Program-made: the position numbers and the translations under genes | The notes under the pieces: generated by a model | The model's input: only the letters and a program-made list of their open reading frames with translations | Database searches by the model: none | What the model was told of the DNA's origin: nothing | Shown here: positions 10,038 through 14,741 of the stretch, piece after piece | Position numbering within the stretch: the first letter of the stretch is position 1 | How the letters are laid out: every line of letters starts with the position of its first letter | Source: Desulfosoma sp. | Lineage (GTDB): Bacteria; Desulfobacterota; Syntrophobacteria; Syntrophobacterales; DSM-9756 | NCBI GenBank assembly: GCA_037481835.1 | Contig: JBBFKW010000026.1 | Location: 1 to 14,741 of the forward strand | Direction: 5' to 3' | Length of the DNA stretch: 14,741 bases

Positions 10038-13000
10038 TTCGGGGCCGCCCCCTGAAAGAAGATCGTCCAATCCGGGTTGCGGAAGCCCCAGGGCAAGCGC
10101 CAATGGGGTTTGGCGTCATTTTCGGTGATGCTCCGCTGGCCTGGAGGATGGGATGGAAGACAGCGCGGGCGATCCGGCAAAAGTCGTCGTCCAGGGGTTC
10201 CCTTCCGCGGAACGCCGTGGCGACGCAGGCGTCGAAGCCTTCTCCCATTTGTTTGTAGTCGTCCTTGAAGGTGCGCTTGCACCGGGCTCGCACCTTGTCC
10301 TCCGAATCGTCCTTGGCGGCTCCGGAAGCGAATTCCCAGCTGGTGTCGGGAAAGAAGGGAATCGGTCTTTCCTGCCCTTCCCGCCAGAGGTCCAGGAGGG
10401 TGCGCAGGTGGTCTTCGGGCTTCGGCACCTCGCCTAAGCGAAAGACCGCGTCCTTGGCCACGTGAACACTTTCCAGAGCCACTCCCGGAGGACGTACGGC
10501 GCAAAGGGCCAGGTGGCGGATGCCCAGGCGGATCCGGTCCTTGCCCTTGATTTTCGCCGGGCGTACCTGCATCAGGCCCCGTTCCGTCACCTGGGGAATC
10601 CAGCCCCGGAGCCGGACACTCCCGAGATGCAGATCCACCTCCACCGCCTTCCTAGAGGTTCCCGCCCATTCCCGCACCCTTTCCGCCATCTCCTCCATGG
10701 CCCGAAAGCTGTCGCGAAAGACCACCTTCCCGGCCGCTCCATGGGGGAGCACCCCCCGGGCGCGGAGGAGTTCCCAGGTTTCTTCGGGATCCCGCCCGTC
10801 CAGGACCGCCTGGAAGATGTCCGTTTCCATCCGGTATCGGTCCAGCCCCGCCACGGTGAAGGGCTCTTCGTCCTGGATCGGGTCTTCCTCCCGGTAGGGG
10901 GTCATGCCCAGCGCCTTTTCCAGGAACCACCGGGACGGGTTTTCGAAAAAGCGCACGAGATCCTCCAGGTCCACTTCCGGAACGGTATGGACTCCCGCTT
11001 GCGCGGGAGTGATGGTTTGAGAAGTTCCCGTATCGTTTCCCGGGTCCGTGTGGCCGGGAAAGAACGGGGGCGTCTCGTCCCGCTCTTCCGTGCGGGCGGC
11101 TTCCAGCCACTGCCGGTCGTAGGAGAAAAGCCTCGGGTCGGATCCGTCGTAGAGGCGGCGGCTGAAGGGCTGGAGCGGTTGCCGTACTACGATGTCCGCC
11201 GACGGGGGCCGCCCGTCCGAAAGCACCCTAGATCCGTCCAGGTAGTCCAGCAGTTCCGACACCAGGACGCTCGGAACCCGCTCCCTGTCGTCCCGGATGT
11301 CCCGCCCCACGAAGCTCACGTAGAAGACGTCCCGGGCCGAAAGCAGCGCTTCCAGAAAGAGGAACCGGTCTTCCCGGTTGCGCAGCCGGTCCCCGGGCTG
11401 CGGATCCCGGGCCGCCAGGTCGAACTGCGGCGGGTGGTCCATGCGGGGAAAGTCGGAGTCGTTCATGCCCAAAAGGCACACCACCCGGAAGGGGATGGTG
11501 CGCATGGGAACCAGGTTGCAGAAGGTGACGCCCCCGGAAAGGAAGCGGCGGATGCTGGGGGCCGAATCCAGGAGCGCGCCCAGGTGGGCCTGCACCACCT
11601 GGACGGAAACGGGCTCGGTCATGCCGGCCAGGTCCGCGAAGCCGCGGAACCGATCCAGGGCCCTGCGGAACGAACGGAGGCTCCCTTCCCATTCCCCTTC
11701 CGGGTGGAAGAAGTCGTCCAGGAGCCGGTTCAGGAGTTCCTGCCAGCGGGATGGAGGGTGAGCTTCCTTGAGGGTTACCTGCCAGAACGCGATCCGGTCC
11801 AGGAGATCCTGGAGCTTTCCCAAGCACTCGGCCCAGGCCGCTTCCACGTGGGGATAGGAAAGCACCCGGCCGCAGAAGATCTCCCGGGGCGGCAGGGCGT
11901 AGCCCGCAAAGAGCCGGTCCAGGCCCATCTGCCACGTGTTGGCAGGGTCCGCCGGAAGTCCCCATTCTTTCTTTCGCTCGCCGTCCAGGCCCCACCGGAT
12001 GCCCGTTTCCCGGACCCAGGTGCGGATCCGGGCGAGGTCGTCCGGGGTGAGGTCGAACCGGGCGGCCACGGCGGGTGTTTCCAGCAACGAGAGCACATCG
12101 GAGGCCGTGAGACGCCGGCGGGGGAGGCTCAGCATCTCCAGGATCTTTTCCAGCAGGGGATCTTCCAGGGGGGCCTTTCGTTCCGACAGGTTCCACGGGA
12201 TGCGCGGGTCGTCCCGCGTGCCGAAGACGGCCTCCACGTAGGGGGCGTACACGTCGATATCCGGAGCCATGACCACGATGTCTTCGGGCGCGAGGTCCGG
12301 CAATTGGTCCAGCATCGAGGCGATCCGGTCGTGGAGCGCCTGCACTTCCCGCATGGGGGAATGGCAGGCGTGGACCTGGATGGACGCATCCGACCCGCTG
12401 AGGCGCTGCTTCGCCTCGGGGTCTTGGGGGCGGCGATCCGTCAGGTGAAAGATGTCGTGTTGCACGCAGCCCAGAAGGGAGGCGGGGGCGGGTTCCTCGA
12501 AGAGGTCTTCTTCCAGCGCCTCCGTCTCTTCGTGGATCTTCTGGAGGCTGTCGAAGAAGAACTTCCCGGACTGGGCCCACGATCCCATGAGCGGGTTGGC
12601 GTCGTCGGTGAAGGCCGACGCCAGGGCCCCGGTTCGGGCTTCCCGCCGGATCCGCTGCTTTTCCGTTTCCACGTCGCCCCAATAGGCCCGGCTGGGGTTG
12701 GGGTAGTAGAGGGTCACGGGAAGATGGGAGGCCAGGCGGACAAAGACTTCCAGGTGCACCGGGGCCAGATGGCTGACGCCGAAGAGGCTCACCCGGCGAG
12801 GAAGGCCTTCCGGCCGTTCGGGCGCCCGGCCGCCGCCCGCGGCCGTGCAGAACTGTTGGTGAAGACGGGCCTGGTGCGGTTCTCGGATACTTTCCGCCAG
12901 GCGGCGCCACAACACCGGCTGCCAGCCTTCCCCGCCCCCGTCTTCCCAGGAAAGGAGCATCTCCTGCCGATAGACCAGGTAGCGGTCGAAGACGGCGGCG

Positions 13001-13389
13001 ATCCGTTCCGCCAGCTGGTAGGCCTTGAGGCCCAAGGGATCTTCCGAAACGTAGCGCCGAAGGTCCGCGAATTCCTCCCGATCCAGGAAATCGGGAAGGT
13101 GCCGGAAGATGTGCCAGGTGAGCACGGGGCGGCTCCAGGCTTCCGGCTGGATGTCCTGGCCCAGCCACGCCCCGTAGACCGTCCGGATTAGGTCCGCCGG
13201 GACGAGAAAGCGGATGTTGGCCGCAACGCCTGCGGTGACGGCCAGCCTGTGGGTGATCCACCGGGCCATCCCCATGTCCTGCACCACCACGGTTTCCGGT
13301 TCCAGGGGATCCGGAGGCAGCGAAGAGATGTCCCTCGCAAAGGCTTCGAACAGTTTTTCCGTTCGGTTGCTCTGAACCGTCCGCCACAT
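10009..13389 (-). CDS. recC: Exodeoxyribonuclease V gamma subunit RecC, 1126 aa
   Basis: QSNRTEKL, DPLEPETVVVQDMGMARWI, IQVHACHSPMREVQALHD, DIVVMAPDIDVYAPYVEAVFG, FCNLVPMRTIPFRVVCLLGMND, DRFLFLEALLSAR and PLQPFS. ATG at 13389 follows GGGAG. Confidence 0.96.
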   Translation of the reverse strand: MWRTVQSNRTEKLFEAFARDISSLPPDPLEPETVVVQDMGMARWITHRLAVTAGVAANIRFLVPADLIRTVYGAWLGQDIQPEAWSRPVLTWHIFRHLPDFLDREEFADLRRYVSEDPLGLKAYQLAERIAAVFDRYLVYRQEMLLSWEDGGGEGWQPVLWRRLAESIREPHQARLHQQFCTAAGGGRAPERPEGLPRRVSLFGVSHLAPVHLEVFVRLASHLPVTLYYPNPSRAYWGDVETEKQRIRREARTGALASAFTDDANPLMGSWAQSGKFFFDSLQKIHEETEALEEDLFEEPAPASLLGCVQHDIFHLTDRRPQDPEAKQRLSGSDASIQVHACHSPMREVQALHDRIASMLDQLPDLAPEDIVVMAPDIDVYAPYVEAVFGTRDDPRIPWNLSERKAPLEDPLLEKILEMLSLPRRRLTASDVLSLLETPAVAARFDLTPDDLARIRTWVRETGIRWGLDGERKKEWGLPADPANTWQMGLDRLFAGYALPPREIFCGRVLSYPHVEAAWAECLGKLQDLLDRIAFWQVTLKEAHPPSRWQELLNRLLDDFFHPEGEWEGSLRSFRRALDRFRGFADLAGMTEPVSVQVVQAHLGALLDSAPSIRRFLSGGVTFCNLVPMRTIPFRVVCLLGMNDSDFPRMDHPPQFDLAARDPQPGDRLRNREDRFLFLEALLSARDVFYVSFVGRDIRDDRERVPSVLVSELLDYLDGSRVLSDGRPPSADIVVRQPLQPFSRRLYDGSDPRLFSYDRQWLEAARTEERDETPPFFPGHTDPGNDTGTSQTITPAQAGVHTVPEVDLEDLVRFFENPSRWFLEKALGMTPYREEDPIQDEEPFTVAGLDRYRMETDIFQAVLDGRDPEETWELLRARGVLPHGAAGKVVFRDSFRAMEEMAERVREWAGTSRKAVEVDLHLGSVRLRGWIPQVTERGLMQVRPAKIKGKDRIRLGIRHLALCAVRPPGVALESVHVAKDAVFRLGEVPKPEDHLRTLLDLWREGQERPIPFFPDTSWEFASGAAKDDSEDKVRARCKRTFKDDYKQMGEGFDACVATAFRGREPLDDDFCRIARAVFHPILQASGASPKMTPNPIGACPGASATRIGRSSFRGRPRRAGVKPAPT
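10991..11010. repeat. dRS3/RPE-like palindrome in frame within recC
   Basis: ACTCCCGC-TTGC-GCGGGAGT, i.e. ACTCCC-N8-GGGAGT, flanked by TGG and GA. Translated within ITPAQAGVH. Confidence 0.7.
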
Positions 13390-13553
13390 CGTTGAAAGCT
13401 CCCGCGGGATGGGTCCGCGCGTTGTCACAGGGTCGACGATGGATGCCGTGTCCAAAGATATGCCACAGGGCCACTCTCATCACAAGCCGTTGGGAAGGCA
13501 AGCGGGGAGACGTCCGCCTTTTCGTGGGGGAGGCGCAAAATCGGCCATGGCCG

Positions 13554-13577
13554 GCAGGGGGGGTTCGTGAACCGCCC
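13554..13577 (+). repeat. Degenerate REP-like hairpin
   Basis: GCAGGGGGGGTTCGTGAACCGCCC has the same layout as the GTAGGGGCG REPs, with GCAG for GTAG and a stem mismatch. Confidence 0.5.
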
Positions 13578-13605
13578 TGATGCAGATAGCGGGAATCGGG
13601 GAGCT

Positions 13606-13632
13606 GTAGGGGCGAATGATCATTCGCCTTTA
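13606..13632 (+). repeat. GTAG-type REP palindrome abutting the intron 5' end
   Basis: GTAGG, then a perfect 18-bp palindrome GGCGAATGATCATTCGCC (13611-13628), then TTTA. Confidence 0.75.
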
Positions 13633-14741
13633 GTGCTGCGTCGTCGTGAGGCGGGGTGGGAAGCAACCGGAGACGAACACACAGTTTGCAGGATGACGAA
13701 AGCGATTCGGCCTTACGACTCGACGAGTCTTCTAGCGAAGGACGAAGTCCAGACCGGGTCAAAGCGGCAAGGTATGGTCGAGATGCTGTGGCACTCGCAG
13801 ACGAAAGGGCGAGAAGCGGAGAACGCAAACTTCGACCTGGAGCCGGCCGACGTCGCCACGGGAGTCTGTCACGCTGGGCGGGCAGCGAGAAGCGATGGCA
13901 GGGGGCGTAGGGTGGTTGGCGGCGGAATGTGAGGAAGGTCACGTCATGTAAACTAGGGAGACCTGTCCGGGACGAGGACGGTGTTCATGGCACCTGGAAG
14001 GGCACGAAGAGCCGACCGGGCAAGAGTCAGAGCACCCATAGTAGCGAGGAAGCGGCGTAATGGCTGTGGAGCGAAGGGGTGCAGGAAGGTGGAGGCGAGA
14101 GGTCTATGACGGACGAAAGGAAACTTGCGGGAGTGCCGGGAGCTAAGCAAGCAGTAGAAGCCGCGAGCCGATGGGGCTGGGTGGAACGGAATGTCTGGAC
14201 CGAACGCATGCTGGAGGCCCTTGAAAGGGGTGTCAAAGGAGGCAAATGGTTCAGTTTGATCGACAAGGTCAGTCGGCGCACGACGCTTGAGGCCGCGTGG
14301 AAGCAAGTGAGGGCCAACAAGGGAAGTGCCGGGACGGACCACCAAGGGATTGAGGAGTTTGAAGTCCGGAAGGATGAAGAACTGGGGAGGCTGGAAGAGG
14401 AGTTAAGCCAAGGAAGGTATAAACCGAGGCCGATCCGGCGGGTCTACATTGACAAACCGGGCAGCCGAGAGAATCGCCCCCTTGGAATCCCTTGTCTGAG
14501 GGACCGAGTGGTACAAAGCGCTCTAAGGCTTGTGATCGAACCGATCTTCGAAGCGAGGTTTGCGGAAAACATTTACGGATTTCGACCACGGAGGGGATGC
14601 AAAGATGCTCTGAGGCGGGTGAACCAGGCCATCAAGGAGGGTTCCCGCTATGTGGTGGATGCGGACATCCGCGCCTACTTTGACAACATTGACCATGAGA
14701 GAATGATGGCCGATGTGAGGGGATCGATCGCAGACGGACGG
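13633..14741 (+). mobile_element. Group II intron, 5' portion (ribozyme domains I-III and start of IV); runs off the window
   Basis: Candidate 5' end GTGCTGCG at 13633 (approximates GUGYG; exact base uncertain). AACTAGGGAGACCT near 13951 as at the end of domain I. Domain III-like AGTCAGAGCACCCATAGTAGCGAGGAAGCGGCGTAATGGCTGTGGAGCGAAGGGGTGCAGG at 14025-14085. RT ORF follows. Confidence 0.85.
14106..14741 (+). CDS. ltrA: Group II intron reverse transcriptase/maturase, partial (212 codons, no stop in the window)
   Basis: Translated by hand; absent from the ORF track. MTDERK...WTERMLEALERGVKGGKWFSLIDKV...AWKQVRANKGSAGTD (RT0), PIRRVYIDKPG (RT1), RPLGIPCLRDRVVQ (RT2), YGFRPRR (RT2a), VVDADIRAYFDNIDH (RT3). 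Confidence 0.95.
   Translation, partial: MTDERKLAGVPGAKQAVEAASRWGWVERNVWTERMLEALERGVKGGKWFSLIDKVSRRTTLEAAWKQVRANKGSAGTDHQGIEEFEVRKDEELGRLEEELSQGRYKPRPIRRVYIDKPGSRENRPLGIPCLRDRVVQSALRLVIEPIFEARFAENIYGFRPRRGCKDALRRVNQAIKEGSRYVVDADIRAYFDNIDHERMMADVRGSIADGR

Noticed and set aside
13870..13890. GGGCGGGC in the intron as an EBS complementary to the REP arm GCCCGCCC
   Set aside because: The register does not fit IBS1 at the proposed junction, and similar G-rich segments are structural in group II domain I. Folding is needed to decide.

Overview
The window is a junction between an accessory region (about 1-6060) and a visibly more GC-rich housekeeping block. A deltaproteobacterial or similar origin is an impression only. 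The left part looks like an integrated plasmid/ICE-like module. It carries a truncated HU/IHF-like stub, a PolB-type 3'-5' exonuclease, a divergent MucR/Ros regulator, a small hypothetical gene, a frameshifted YdjM-type membrane hydrolase and parA. parA overlaps a 474-aa winged-helix, Rep-like gene that contains 33 copies of a 12-bp repeat and a 12-bp inverted repeat. An ISL3 transposase fragment follows, fused to a lone integron gene cassette with a canonical attC site and no integrase in view. The right part is recC-recB on the minus strand, with no recD directly downstream. It carries several REP-like palindromes, one in frame inside recC. The window ends in the 5' half of a group II intron whose RT ORF (14106 to the end) is missing from the ORF track and which appears inserted at the end of a GTAG-type REP palindrome. 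All calls come from motif recognition by eye; no searches were run.
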